Shown: one piece after another, positions 9,693 to 20,954 of the stretch
How the letters are laid out: each line of letters begins with the position of its first letter
Numbering within the stretch: the first letter of the stretch is position 1
Assembly (NCBI GenBank): GCA_017520705.1
Contig: JAFXFF010000044.1
Coordinates: forward strand, 60,108-124,107
DNA: 64,000 nt
Reading direction: 5' to 3'
From: Clostridia bacterium
Lineage (GTDB): Bacteria; Bacillota; Clostridia; Oscillospirales; Acutalibacteraceae
The notes under the pieces: model-generated
Databases searched by the model: none
The model's input: only the letters and a program-made list of their open reading frames with translations
What the model was told of the DNA's origin: nothing
Made by a program: the position numbers and the translations under genes

Positions 9693-10048
9693 TTTTGTCC
9701 CTCCTCAATAAGAGCAATTTCAATGCCGACCACACCGTAACGTGCTTGCTTTTCGGCGGAATAATACACATTCATATCCTCAGGAGAGGCGGTGGACAGT
9801 TCTTCCGGCAAATAGCCGCATTGATCCAACGGCAGGGCGGCGTACAACGCCGCGAAATCGGGAAAGCGGTGAAGCGCCGTCACCGTGGCGGTGAGGGTTT
9901 GCGTGGGATTCTCGGTGTGAACAAACACCAAGGTGTCCCCCACCCCAATTTGGCTTCGCTTTTCGTCGTATAGGCGCAGCTCAATGGTTTTGAGGCCCTC
10001 AGCAATCATCGCAAACGGTTGGGGTTGCAAATTCAGGGTATGAATCAT
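9689..10048 (-). CDS. ASCH domain protein
   Basis: ~119 aa, MIHTLNLQPQPFAMIAEGLKTIELRLYDEKR… (ASCH/PUA-like beta-barrel signature). Stop overlaps the start of the phosphoesterase gene (ATGA). Confidence 0.65.
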   Translation of the reverse strand: MIHTLNLQPQPFAMIAEGLKTIELRLYDEKRSQIGVGDTLVFVHTENPTQTLTATVTALHRFPDFAALYAALPLDQCGYLPEELSTASPEDMNVYYSAEKQARYGVVGIEIALIEEGQK

Positions 10049-10133
10049 CCACTTCACCTCATTTTTATCAGTATAGCACACAAAGAATGGAAAGTAAAGA
10101 AAAAAGCCGCTGTTTTTACAGCGGCTTTTGAGG

Positions 10134-11111
10134 TTATTCGCTCTCGGAATGATCCAGGGTGATGTGGATATTGCCGGTATCGGTGGTGATTTCGCACAGG
10201 CCACCGGAGGGAGCAGTATGCGGCAGACGCACATTGCCCGTATCGGTGTGGGTGACAAACACCTTTTGCGTAAGGAGCGTACCCAACACGTCACCCGTGT
10301 CGGTGGTAATTTTCATCGAACCGGCATCGCAGGCGTCAAAGGAAACATCGCCGGTGTCGCGCTCGATGAAAAGGGCGTCGTCAACAAGGAGATCCCGCAT
10401 AAGGATGTCGCCTGTCGTGCCGACAGAGGTGAAATTGCGGCAACGAACACCCTTCACCGCCGTTTTACCTGTAGTCACCGACAAGCGCAGGTCATCGGTA
10501 CTCACGTTCTTAACGGAGATGTCTCCCGTGGATACCGATACATCCAACGAGCCTGCACTAAAGGCCTTCAGTCCGACGTCGCCGGTGGTAGCGCGAATCT
10601 TGGCAGTTCCAACTACTCCGGCAAAAGAGAAGATGTCGCCGGTAGTCACTTTGACGTCCATACTGTCAAAGGTGTAGTAGATGGGAAAATAGACGTCGCC
10701 GGTGGTGGCACGAACGGTCAGATCGCCATATTCTCCTGCAGGAAGATAGACGGTGATAGTGGAGGATTCAAAGCCAATGCCGACGTAGTGATACCACTTA
10801 TGGGATCTCGTTGCCTTGATGACAAGAGTATTGTCCTCTACGGTAACCGTATGTTGGAAGTTGACGTCCTCGTGGCAGACCACCGAGACGGAATCGTCTT
10901 CCGTAGGGACGAATTCGATATCGGCGGTATTCGCCTTGATGGAGATGTGACGGAAGGAATCGGTCACCGCGTGGGTATTGGTCTCATATTCGCGGGTGGA
11001 AAGCTTCTTGAAATCCCAATCGAGCTTGGTCATCACGACCGCAAACAGGATGCAGCCTGCCAATAAGAGAACGGTGGCAATCAGCAACCACACCTTCGTG
11101 CTCTTTTTCAT
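10134..11111 (-). CDS. DUF4097 family putative adhesin / beta-helix protein
   Basis: N-terminal TM followed by repeated TTGD[IV] beta-helix repeats (TTGDVY, TTGDIF, TTGDVG, STGDIS…). Confidence 0.75.
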   Translation of the reverse strand: MKKSTKVWLLIATVLLLAGCILFAVVMTKLDWDFKKLSTREYETNTHAVTDSFRHISIKANTADIEFVPTEDDSVSVVCHEDVNFQHTVTVEDNTLVIKATRSHKWYHYVGIGFESSTITVYLPAGEYGDLTVRATTGDVYFPIYYTFDSMDVKVTTGDIFSFAGVVGTAKIRATTGDVGLKAFSAGSLDVSVSTGDISVKNVSTDDLRLSVTTGKTAVKGVRCRNFTSVGTTGDILMRDLLVDDALFIERDTGDVSFDACDAGSMKITTDTGDVLGTLLTQKVFVTHTDTGNVRLPHTAPSGGLCEITTDTGNIHITLDHSESE

Positions 11112-11716
11112 TGTGCCTCCCCCTTTCTCATACACGCCTTTTTGATGGCGAGGACAATCTTTTGAGTCAGTCGTGCGGCACCCTTGGACGCCGCCTTACA
11201 GCCATAGAAAGCGAAGATGGCGAGGCCGCCGCAGACAAGAGCAGCGGCAAGGACAGCCAGCCCCGAGGGAACGTAGCCGCCGATGGCGAAGCCGATGCCA
11301 CCCACCGGACCGATAACAGCGCAGGCCGCCAGCGACACAAACACCGCCCAGAGAGACACGATCACCGACCACAGCACCGCATACAGCGACAGCACCACCG
11401 CAAAGGCGGCGATCAGCCGCGACAGCCAGATGGGAGACCCGAGAATCAGCAGGACAATCGTCAGTGCGGACATAGGCCTGCGCGAGCGAATACGCACCTT
11501 GATCAATTCCGGGAAGGGGTATTCGTCTACCACCTGCAGGACAATATCGTTCACCGATCCCACGGAGGCCACCGCCTCCTCCTCGGTGAGGCCCTCCTCC
11601 ATACGGTCATCGATCTGCTCGCTGTAAAACTCGATACGCCCGTCAATTTCCTCCTGCGGTAAGCCGGACAGCCCCTGCCGCAGATCGGAAAGAAATTCCT
11701 GTTTACGCATGCTCAT
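11108..11716 (-). CDS. DUF1700 (HAAS) membrane protein
   Basis: MRKQEFLSDLRQGLSGLPQEEIDGRIEFYSEQIDD… N-terminal domain followed by multi-TM Gly-rich region. The canonical PadR-DUF1700-DUF4097 triad. Confidence 0.7.
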   Translation of the reverse strand: MSMRKQEFLSDLRQGLSGLPQEEIDGRIEFYSEQIDDRMEEGLTEEEAVASVGSVNDIVLQVVDEYPFPELIKVRIRSRRPMSALTIVLLILGSPIWLSRLIAAFAVVLSLYAVLWSVIVSLWAVFVSLAACAVIGPVGGIGFAIGGYVPSGLAVLAAALVCGGLAIFAFYGCKAASKGAARLTQKIVLAIKKACMRKGEAQ

Positions 11717-12023
11717 CACCCTCCCTACTGACAAACTGATAAATAGACATCATCTCTGCCCACTCACTCTTAAACTCCTCGATACGGCGGCATCCCGCAG
11801 CGGTAATGCGGTAATATTTCCGCAGGCGGCCGTCGTGCGCCGCGGTGCGGACGGTGAGCATCTCTGCCCCCTCCAACCGCTTGAGAATGGTGTATAACGT
11901 GGACTCGGACAGTTCCATATACGGCTTCATATCCTTGATGATCTTATAGCCGTAGGAGTCTTCGCTCTTGATGGCGGCCAGCACACATACGTCCAAAAGG
12001 CCGCGCTTGAGTTGAACATCCAT
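11703..12023 (-). CDS. PadR family transcriptional regulator
   Basis: LLDVCVLAAI…SYGYKIIKDM…STLYTILKRLE winged-HTH PadR signature. Confidence 0.85.
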   Translation of the reverse strand: MDVQLKRGLLDVCVLAAIKSEDSYGYKIIKDMKPYMELSESTLYTILKRLEGAEMLTVRTAAHDGRLRKYYRITAAGCRRIEEFKSEWAEMMSIYQFVSREGDEHA

Positions 12024-12249
12024 CCAATACCTCCTCTCGTGTAATACATCGTATCACGAGGTATTAGATTTGTCAAGGGGAAAAGGGGGGAAATTGTGAA
12101 AATTTCGTAATTTTGTTTCACAAAATGGAGACGATTTTTTTGAAACAGAAAAAACCGTTAAAAAAATAACCACTTTCGGTCAAAAAAGCGAAAAAAGGTT
12201 GACAACGGCACTAAAAAAGTTTATGTTCTATAATGTATAGTTATATAAT

Positions 12250-12600
12250 TTGGGATATTATACCCAATTCTATGGGAGGTTGGGCGTCTTGACCGAAAAG
12301 GAACTGCGAAAACTGAACCGATACCAGCTTTTGGAGCTGCTGATGATGCAAACGGAGCAAAACCAGCAGCTCAGGCAGGAGATCGAGCATCTGCGAGAAC
12401 AGCAAATGCGGCTGGAGGAGATGGGCTCGGTGGCAGAGGCATCCCTGCTGCTGAACGGTGTATTTGAGGCGGCGCAAAAGGCTGCCGACGACTATTTGAG
12501 CGAGGCGCGCAACCGTGCACAACGGATCGTAGAGCGTGCCCGTCTGGAGGCGGAGTTATTCAATGAAACGGCAACTGTGGAAACCAAGGACGAAACCTAA
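12250..12600 (+). CDS. Small coiled-coil protein (hypothetical); true start probably TTG ~12280-12290
   Basis: Heptad-rich sequence (LRQEIEHLREQQMRLEE). RBS GGGAGG at ~12272. 3' end overlaps the signal peptidase gene. Confidence 0.35.
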   Translation: MGYYTQFYGRLGVLTEKELRKLNRYQLLELLMMQTEQNQQLRQEIEHLREQQMRLEEMGSVAEASLLLNGVFEAAQKAADDYLSEARNRAQRIVERARLEAELFNETATVETKDET

Positions 12601-13183
12601 GCACACCACCACGGTATCGGACACCCCGGAGCCGGAGGCGTTGCAGCAGGAACTCAAACGGGAACGAAACAAACGCCGATTCCGTAAGCTTTTGCGCAGT
12701 ACGGTCAGCGCTCTCATCGTGGCGGCAGCGGTGGCGGCCATCATCGCCACCATGATCCTGCCGGTATTGCAAATTGCCGGTACCAGTATGGAGCCGACCC
12801 TCTACGACGGGGACATCGTTCTGCTGGTCAAAACCGACAAACTGAAGACCGGTGACCTATGCGCCTTCTATTACTCCAACAAGATACTGATCAAACGGGT
12901 CATCGCGACCCCCGGCGACTACATCTGGATCGAGTCTGACGGCACCGTATTTCTCAACGGAGAAAAATTGGACGAGCCGTATCTCACCGTCAAAGCGCTG
13001 GGCGAATGCGACGTAGAATTCCCTTATCAAGTGCCTGAAAACCACTTCTTTATGATGGGGGATCAACGGGAAACCTCGGTGGACAGCCGCAGCAGCGTCA
13101 TCGGCTGTATCCCCGAAGATCAGGTGATCGGTAAGATACTGTGTAAATTCTGGCCCCTATCCCAATTTAACTGGATGGCATAA
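12563..13183 (+). CDS. lepB: Signal peptidase I (catalytic Ser/Lys retained), immediately upstream of the pilus genes
   Basis: TM helix; GTSMEPTL (Ser box); KRVIATPGD (Lys box); GDQRETSVDSR box E. Confidence 0.8.
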   Translation: MKRQLWKPRTKPKHTTTVSDTPEPEALQQELKRERNKRRFRKLLRSTVSALIVAAAVAAIIATMILPVLQIAGTSMEPTLYDGDIVLLVKTDKLKTGDLCAFYYSNKILIKRVIATPGDYIWIESDGTVFLNGEKLDEPYLTVKALGECDVEFPYQVPENHFFMMGDQRETSVDSRSSVIGCIPEDQVIGKILCKFWPLSQFNWMA

Positions 13184-13213
13184 AGTGTTTTAATATCCCA
13201 ACCGCGAGAGGAG

Positions 13214-16200
13214 GTGGAAGGCTTGCCGGAACAGTTAACGCAATACATATCCCAACTGAATAAGAGCAATTCCCGCCGTGCAGGCCTCCGCCAGGCGCTG
13301 TTCGCCCTCTCTCTGGTGGCGATACTCATCGTGTTCTGGTGTCTCAAACTGACCGGTATTACGATGGCCGGCGAAGCCTTCTGCGGCAAAGAAGAACACG
13401 TCCACACAGCCGAGTGTACGCAAACGGGATGTGCATTGGAAGAACATATCCACGACCCCACCTGCTACAGCAACGTCCAAATTGACGTAGAGACCGCCGA
13501 TGACTGGGAGCAGACGCTGGCCGGCATCACCCGCGGCGAGACCACGGCAGAGAACGTGGTGGCGGTAGCCACATCCCAACTGGGGTATCGGGAAAGTACG
13601 CAAAACTTCCAAGTGGACGCGAACGGTGTCCGACGGGGCATCACCCGCTACGGACAATGGTACGGCAACCCCTACGGCGACTGGTCGGCCATGTTTGCCT
13701 CCTTCTGCCTGCACTATGCCGGGGTGACCGACCTGCCTGCCAATGCAGGCGCCGAATCCATGCGACTGGAATGGGCAGAGGACGGCCTGTATCGGGCCGC
13801 GGCCCATTACGCACCGCAGGTAGGCGACCTGCTATTCCTCACCGAAAACGGCAGCACCGCCAACGCGGTGGCAATCATCACCGCTGTGAGTGACAGCGGC
13901 ATCACGGTGATACAAGGTGACGTGGAAGATGCCGTCAGCGAGGTAACCTATCCCCTCGACAGCACGCCTATTCTGGGGTACGGCACCGTGCCTGAACAAT
14001 CGGAGCTGACGGTGCTGGCCACCACACCTGACGGTGCCACCGTGGTGGCGCGTACCACCGCCTATTCAGCCGGTATGCTGACGCAGGGAAACAGCTTCGT
14101 CATCTACACCGTCAGCGGCGGCAACTATTACGCCATCGACGGCAGCGGCAACGCGGTGCCTGTGTACATAGAAAACGGCAACATTTTTGCGGATGTGGCA
14201 GATCCCAACACGCTGCTGTGGAATTTCACCGCCAACGGCTCCTCCTACGTTATCCGAAACGTAGGCACGGGGCGTCATCTCCACCCCTTCTACAACAGCA
14301 ATACCGATAACGGCGTCACCACCTCCGGCGGATGGACCACCTCGGTGGTCACCTCCGGCAACGGCGTCAAATTCCGCGCCTCTGCCTATGCCCGCCTAAA
14401 TGCGAGCGGCGGCAATTTCGTGATGACCCGTAACGAACAGGAGGGCACCGTATTCCAGTTTGGTGTGGTCAACAACCGCACCGTCTGGCTGGACGGTACC
14501 TGCGGAGGGATTATGAGCTTGGGCGGCTCCCCCAACACACCCTATACGGTGCTGCAGGGTGACGTCGTGAAACTTCCCACCGAATGGAAATCTCCTGACA
14601 AATACGCATACAAGCTGCGCGGCTGGTACGACGTGACCAACAACCGCTACTATCTGCCCGGTGCAGAGGTGACGGTCACCGACCATATGGTATTCTACGC
14701 CGATTGGACAGCAGAAACCTACGACGTGGGCCAATTCAATTCCCACGTAGCGGAAACCACCAGCACCAACCAGTTTGTCACTGTCCGTATGTTTGACTAC
14801 GGGCCTCTGTTCAACCTCTTATCCACACGAGCCAACGTCACGGTAAACAGCAGCGGACACACCGAGACCTGGAACCTCTTGACCTCCGGAAACAATCCCT
14901 ACAACGGAGATCCTACGCTGAACTTCATCTTCCGTGACTGGGACCGCGGCAACGAGGATATCTCCTATCCCAACGGCACCAATGCGGCTAACAACCCCAC
15001 CGACGCCGGCAGCGTGTATCCGGGACTGTATACGGATAACTTGGGCAGCCTGCTCTTCGACCCCGAATTGCAGGTCCTCGGCAAACAGTATTTGGGTGAG
15101 GGCGATCATCTATTCCAGCTCTGTGTGGATCCCAACGATCCCAATTACGGCTATTACTACTACGATTCCCAGCGCAACGCGGCATCGTATAACCAAAGCG
15201 ACGGACGCTTCTATGTCTACGACTATCTGGAGTGCACCCGCGACTCGCTGAACAACGGTTATGCAGACTTTTTGCCACTGAACTCTCCCTACGCCAATAC
15301 CAATGGCAAGCTCATCCCCACCTACCAATACGGAGGTGTCAACGGTGAATACGACGGTGTGACCCACTATTCGTACGACAGTAAGTACAACACCAACGGC
15401 AACAACACCGACCACGTGGGCGCCAACTACTGGTATGGTATGAGCGTAGACATTCAGTTCTATCTCCCCCACGTCCCCGGTACGATACTGGAAAACGGTC
15501 GATACGGCAACCAGGACCTCTACGGCGGCGATATGCACTTCCATTTCGCCGGCGACGACGACGTATGGGTGCTGGTGGACGGCAAAATGGTGCTGGACCT
15601 GGGCGGTATCCACGGTGTCGAGAACGGCGATATCAACTTCTCCACCGGCGTGGTCACCGTCAACGGCAGGGTGAATACGGCATTGTCCAACACCCTCAAG
15701 AGCATCTAGCCCGGCGAGCACACACTGACCCTCTACTATCTGGAACGCGGTAGTTCCAAATCCAACTGCGCTTTCCGTTTCAATTTGGCGCCCCGATTCA
15801 GCCTCGCCCTTCAAAAAGAGGACGTGCTGACCCGCCACCTGCTCAACGGTGCCCAGTTCTCGGTCTTCACCGACAAAGCCTGCACCCAACCGGCCACCCT
15901 GTGGACCAGCCAGCAGGCCTACTACGCCAACGAGGATCCCAACCACGTATTTACCGTTGTAAACGGTAAAGCCGATATGTGGGGACTCATCGCTGGCGAG
16001 ACCTATTACATCGTGGAGACCAAGCCGCCCGACGCCACCGGCTACATCGGAGCGGACGGCATTATCTGCCTGACCATCGACAAAAACGGTATCGCCTCCT
16101 ACTCGGTGGAGGTGAGGGAGAACGCTGACGGCGAACTTTCGCCCGGTTTCACGGTCCACGGTGTGAAAATTGATGAGGAAACCCAGCAAGCCTTCCTCAT

Positions 16201-17509
16201 CGCCACTAACGCGCCCGAGACCATCACCGAAGCCACCAGCGTGACAGTGAACAAGATCTGGGACGACGACAAGGATCACTCCGCCGATTACATCACGGTG
16301 TATTTGACGGTGACCGACCCCGACGGGACGGTGCGCCGCATCCGTGAAGTGATCCTCAGCGCGGAGAACAACTGGCAGTATACGTGGGAAAACCTTCCCA
16401 AGACCGACGCCGACGGCAACATCGTCCAATACGGCGTCAGCGAATCCACCGTTCCCGGCTACGTGAGTCGGGTTGAGATCACAGAAGGACCGCCGGGAGG
16501 TGACAGCTCCGACGGTGAAGGTAGTGGTCCCGGAGATGTGACAGCGGTGGGGAGCTTCCAAAACGGCCAAACCTATCTGCTGAGCACCAGATTCGGCTGG
16601 CTGACCGCCAACAACAATCAGTTGGGACTGGTCACCAATCAGCAGACTGCCGCCGGCTCCGACAGCGCCCTGTGGGTGGCAACGGTTAACGGTGACGGCA
16701 CCGTCACCCTGACCAACAAACGAGGACAAACCCTCTATTACGACAACTACACCTTCAAGGCAGGCTCCTCACCGGGAACCTACAAAAACCTCCGCTTTGC
16801 GGACAACCGTCTATACTGCTATATCAATCACGGCGGGTGGAGCGAGACGCAATATCCCATTGACGACGACAACGTCCCCAGTAACCTGACCTACAACCAC
16901 GTGTTGTATACCACCAACAACAGTGCACAAGCCCTGGTGATCACACCGCAGGCTCTGGGCGGCAGTCCGCCGGAACCCGAGCCTGAGCCGCCTCCCGACA
17001 GCGGCGGAGGTGACAAACACTTCCAGATCACCAACACGCCGGCAGGCCAGGCCGTCACCTCCCTTACCGTCCATAAGATATGGGATGTAGGCGACCTGGG
17101 AGATGCCTCGCTGTACGAGAAGCTGGTGGTACAAATCCGTCTGCTGGCTAACGGCGTGGACGCCGGCCTTACAGGTCAGCTCAGCCTCAAGAACGGATGG
17201 GTCTACACCTTCCAGGATCTGCCACTATACGACAGTGGCGGTCAAATGGTGGTGTACACCGTGGAGGAACAATTCATCTCGGAGGATTGGATCGTGCACT
17301 ACGGCAACGTCATCTCCTCCGGCGGAAGCAGCCCCACCTACACGGTCAACGTGACCAACACGTACCGAACAGGGGGGCCCATGTTGCCGGCCACCGGCAC
17401 GGCGGCACGTCTGTACTTTGTACTGTGCGGAGCGAGCATCATGCTCGGAACGCTGGTATACGGATTTGCATTGAGGCGTAAGCGTAAGCGAGAAAGGAGG
17501 TTAGAGTAG
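13214..17509 (+). CDS. Giant LPXTG pilus tip adhesin (CHAP/NlpC-like, fibro-slime/PA14-like, beta-trefoil-like, 2x CnaB), interrupted by an in-frame TAG at 15707-15709. Possible pseudogene, phase-off allele or readthrough.
   Basis: Track ORFs 13214..15709 and 15785..17509 are in the same frame; the translation reads …NTLKSI*PGEHTLTLYYLERGSSKSNCAFRFNLAPRF… uninterrupted except for TAG. C-terminus is LPATG + TM + RRKRKRERR. Probable start TTG 13223 after GAGGAGG. Confidence 0.75.
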
Positions 17510-17601
17510 CCTTCTGATCGCGGCAAAACTTGCGCCGTGAATGCAGATCTTAAGTAAACTGTAAACCAAAAAATTTTTAAATTCAGAAAGGAAGAAAACT
17601 C

Positions 17602-19104
17602 ATGAAAAAGATCGTTACTCTGTTACTGGTCCTGGCACTCACCCTGAGCCTGTCCTGCGCGGTTTCTGCCGCTGAGGTCGGTTCCATTACCATCAACAAC
17701 ATTGCCGCCGACACCACCTACGAGATCTACCAGCTGTTGGATCTGGAGAGCTATGACAGCGTCTCCGGTGCCTACTCCTACAAGGTAAACAGTGCCTGGA
17801 CCGCCTACTTCGACACCGCCGAGGCGCAGGCCTACATCACTGTGGATGCCGCCGGCTATGTGACCTGGGTGGCCGGTGAGGACGATGCCACCGTGGCCGC
17901 CTTCGCACAGAAGGCTTTGGCCTATGCCGAGGCCCACAGCATTGCCCCCGTTAAGTCCTCTCAGAATCCCGGCGATTTCGCCATCACCGGTACCACCGGC
18001 GTGTTCTCCGATCTGCCTCTGGGCTACTATCTGGTAGACTCCACCGCCGGCGCCCTGTGCGGCCTGACCACCACCGACCCCGACGCCGCCATCAACGCTA
18101 AGAACGGCGTGCCCACCATCGACAAGCAGGCGCAGGAAGATCTGAGCGGCATGTGGGGCGACCACAACACCGCCGACATCGGCCAGATCGTCAACTTCAT
18201 GACCATCATCCACGCTGCCCCCGGTGCCCAGAACTACGTGATGCACGATACCATGTCTGCCGGTCTGACCTTTGTGCAGGATACCGCCAACGACCGCGGC
18301 GTCACTCAGGTCGTACATATCAACAGCCTGGGTGTGGAAACTGTTCTGACCCCCGGCATCGACTACACCGTCAACGATGCCCCCTCCGATAGCTGTACCT
18401 TTGAAGTGGCTCTGACCGAAAGCTTCATCGGCACCCTGAAGGCCAACGACCGCATCATCACCTACTACAACGCCATGCTGAACCGTCACGCCATCGCCGC
18501 CGGCGATGGTAACCCCAACGAGAGCTGGCTGGAGTACGGCGAAGAGAAGTACACCACCCACGATCAGACCAAGACCTACACTTTCTCCATTGACATTGTT
18601 AAGACCGATTCCTCCAACAAGCTGATCGACGGCGCTAAGTTCAAGATCTACGACGCCGCCACCGACGGCAACGAGATCAAGGTCGTGCCCCTGAAGGAGG
18701 CCGACGACGTGACTCCCGTGCTGGATGCCAACGGCAACCCCGTCTATCGCCGTGCCCGTGCCGACGAGGAAGGTGTGGAGATCGAGGTCGTCGACGGTAA
18801 GGTGACCGTGGTGGGCTTTGACAATGGTGTCTACTATCTGGAGGAGACCGCTGCCCCCGCCGGTTACAACAAGCTGACCGCCCGTAAGGAGTTCACCATC
18901 GCCGACGCCAACCTGGATTCCGTCTTCAGCGGCGGCATCTACTCCACCGGTTCCGGCGTGCACGTGGTCAACAAGACCGGTACCATGCTGCCTGAGACCG
19001 GCGGCGTGGGCACTGTCATCTTCGTAGTGCTGGGTACCCTGGCCGTGCTGGGTGCCGGCGTGCTGCTGGTGACCAAGAAGAGAATGGCTATGATCCAGGA
19101 GTAA
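17602..19104 (+). CDS. Major pilin (SpaA-like) with E-box and LPETG sorting signal
   Basis: Signal peptide; E-box YYLEETAAPAGYNKL; LPETGG + TM + KKR tail. Confidence 0.85.
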   Translation: MKKIVTLLLVLALTLSLSCAVSAAEVGSITINNIAADTTYEIYQLLDLESYDSVSGAYSYKVNSAWTAYFDTAEAQAYITVDAAGYVTWVAGEDDATVAAFAQKALAYAEAHSIAPVKSSQNPGDFAITGTTGVFSDLPLGYYLVDSTAGALCGLTTTDPDAAINAKNGVPTIDKQAQEDLSGMWGDHNTADIGQIVNFMTIIHAAPGAQNYVMHDTMSAGLTFVQDTANDRGVTQVVHINSLGVETVLTPGIDYTVNDAPSDSCTFEVALTESFIGTLKANDRIITYYNAMLNRHAIAAGDGNPNESWLEYGEEKYTTHDQTKTYTFSIDIVKTDSSNKLIDGAKFKIYDAATDGNEIKVVPLKEADDVTPVLDANGNPVYRRARADEEGVEIEVVDGKVTVVGFDNGVYYLEETAAPAGYNKLTARKEFTIADANLDSVFSGGIYSTGSGVHVVNKTGTMLPETGGVGTVIFVVLGTLAVLGAGVLLVTKKRMAMIQE

Positions 19105-19215
19105 TCTTAGTCTCTTGTCCATTTTCTCGCTGACTAATTAATCGATATCCCCGGCGGAGGTATCCGCCTCCGCCGGGGATAGAGTTAAGTATTCCACAAC
19201 ATCAGGGGGAAGCCT

Positions 19216-20052
19216 ATGCTGAGCAAAAAAGCGACAATCCTATTGCTGGTCTTCTTTTTCATAGGTTTGTCCGTGCTGTTGTATCCCAGCATCAGCAGCT
19301 ACTGGAACTCCAAGACCCAGAGTGAGGCCATTGTAGACTACGAGGAGATGCTGGCCAACTACAAGCCGGAGGACCGCACCGCCCTCTTTGAAGCCGCCGA
19401 CGCCTACAATCAAAAGCTGGCGGCACTATTCCAGCCCCTGCAGGAGTATGGGGCACTATCCGAGGAATACTGGAAAACGCTGGACGTCACCGGAACGGGC
19501 ATGATGGGGTACATCACCATACCCAAAATCAGTCAAGAGCTGCCCGTCTACCACGGCACCTCAGATGCGGTGCTGGGTAAATCGGTGGGCCATCTGCAGG
19601 GCTCCAGCCTGCCGGTGGGCGGTGTCAGCACCCACAGCGTGGTATCCGCCCATCGCGGACTGCCCTCGGCGGTGCTGTTTACCCACCTGGATCGCATGGA
19701 GGTGGGCGACACCTTTTCCTTCACCATCCTGGACCGCACCTTTACCTATGAGGTGGATCAGATCCGCATCGTGGAGCCGGACGACACCAATCTGCTCCGC
19801 TTAGAGACGGGCAAGGACTACTGCACCCTGCTGACCTGCACCCCCTACGGTATCAACACCCAGCGTCTGCTGGTACGAGGTCACCAGATCGACGCCAGCC
19901 AAAAGAGCAATCTCTACATCGCCAATGAAGCCTATCGGGTGGACACCCTCATCGTCACACCCTTGGTGGCGCTGCCCATCATTTTGGCCCTGCTCATCTA
20001 CGTGATGCTGGCCCCCGTCAAGAAAGAACAGTTAGGAGAGGATACGCTATGA
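19216..20052 (+). CDS. srtC: Class C (pilus-polymerising) sortase
   Basis: N-terminal TM; HRGLP (His); TLLTCTPYG (Cys); LLVRGH (Arg); C-terminal TM lid/anchor. Confidence 0.9.
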   Translation: MLSKKATILLLVFFFIGLSVLLYPSISSYWNSKTQSEAIVDYEEMLANYKPEDRTALFEAADAYNQKLAALFQPLQEYGALSEEYWKTLDVTGTGMMGYITIPKISQELPVYHGTSDAVLGKSVGHLQGSSLPVGGVSTHSVVSAHRGLPSAVLFTHLDRMEVGDTFSFTILDRTFTYEVDQIRIVEPDDTNLLRLETGKDYCTLLTCTPYGINTQRLLVRGHQIDASQKSNLYIANEAYRVDTLIVTPLVALPIILALLIYVMLAPVKKEQLGEDTL

Positions 20053-20954
20053 CAAAACGAATACTTGCGTGTGTGCTGGCGGTATTCTGCCTGCTGATGC
20101 CTCTGTCGGTGCAGGCGGAGGAATTGAACACCGAGCAGCTGTGCAATCTGACGCTGGAATATTCCCACGAGGGGGTGGCCTTTGCCGATGTGGAAGTGGC
20201 TATCTATCGGGTGGCAGAAGCGCATACGGACGGCTCCTACGACCTCATCGCGCCCTATGACGCATACTCCGTCAACATCCACGGCATCACCTCCCAAAAG
20301 GAATGGCAGGACGTGGCGGCTACCTTAACCGCCTATATTACCGCCAACGGGGTCGAACCCACCGCGAGCGGAGTCACCGACAAGGCGGGCGAGGTGGTTT
20401 TGAGCGACTTGCCCGTAGGATTGTACCTCGTACAAGGTGCCCGTGCCGAAAATGAAAAGGGCACCTACGTATTCCGCGAGTTTATGATCTACCTGCCCAC
20501 GCCTGCAGAGGACGGCACCTACCAATACGATCTGCGTGCGAAGCCCAAATGCCACCAGTACACCCCCACCGAAAACTATCGGGTGGTGAAACTGTGGAAG
20601 GACACGGGTAGCGCCCTGCGCCCCGATGAGGTGGTGGTGGACATCTACAAGAACGGTGCGCTCCACGAGACGGTGTCGCTGAATGGAAACAACGGCTGGA
20701 GCTATGAATGGACCGACAAGGAACAAGCGCGGTGGCAGGTGACAGAGCGGGACGTGCCGGAGGGCTATCAGGTATCCGTCACCAACCACGAGACGGTATT
20801 TACCATCACCAACGCAAACCCCGACGCTCCTCCCCCGCCACCCGCTACGGGGGACAGCTTCCCTTGGCTGATGTGGGTTGTGATCGTATGTCTGGTGGGC
20901 TTTGCGCTGGTGCTGGTGGCTCTGTGGGGACGACGATATGAAAAGACGAAATAA
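20049..20954 (+). CDS. Minor/basal pilin with CnaB-type domain and non-canonical PPATG sorting signal
   Basis: Signal peptide; YRVVKLWKD… CnaB fold; PPPPATGDSFPW + TM + GRRYEKTK. Confidence 0.7.
   Translation: MTKRILACVLAVFCLLMPLSVQAEELNTEQLCNLTLEYSHEGVAFADVEVAIYRVAEAHTDGSYDLIAPYDAYSVNIHGITSQKEWQDVAATLTAYITANGVEPTASGVTDKAGEVVLSDLPVGLYLVQGARAENEKGTYVFREFMIYLPTPAEDGTYQYDLRAKPKCHQYTPTENYRVVKLWKDTGSALRPDEVVVDIYKNGALHETVSLNGNNGWSYEWTDKEQARWQVTERDVPEGYQVSVTNHETVFTITNANPDAPPPPPATGDSFPWLMWVVIVCLVGFALVLVALWGRRYEKTK

Noticed and set aside
20902-20937. Upstream extension (MRWCWWLCGDDD…) of the degenerate sortase ORF
   Set aside because: It lies inside the basal pilin coding region in another frame. 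The MKRRNKW start at 20938 gives a normal N-terminal TM.
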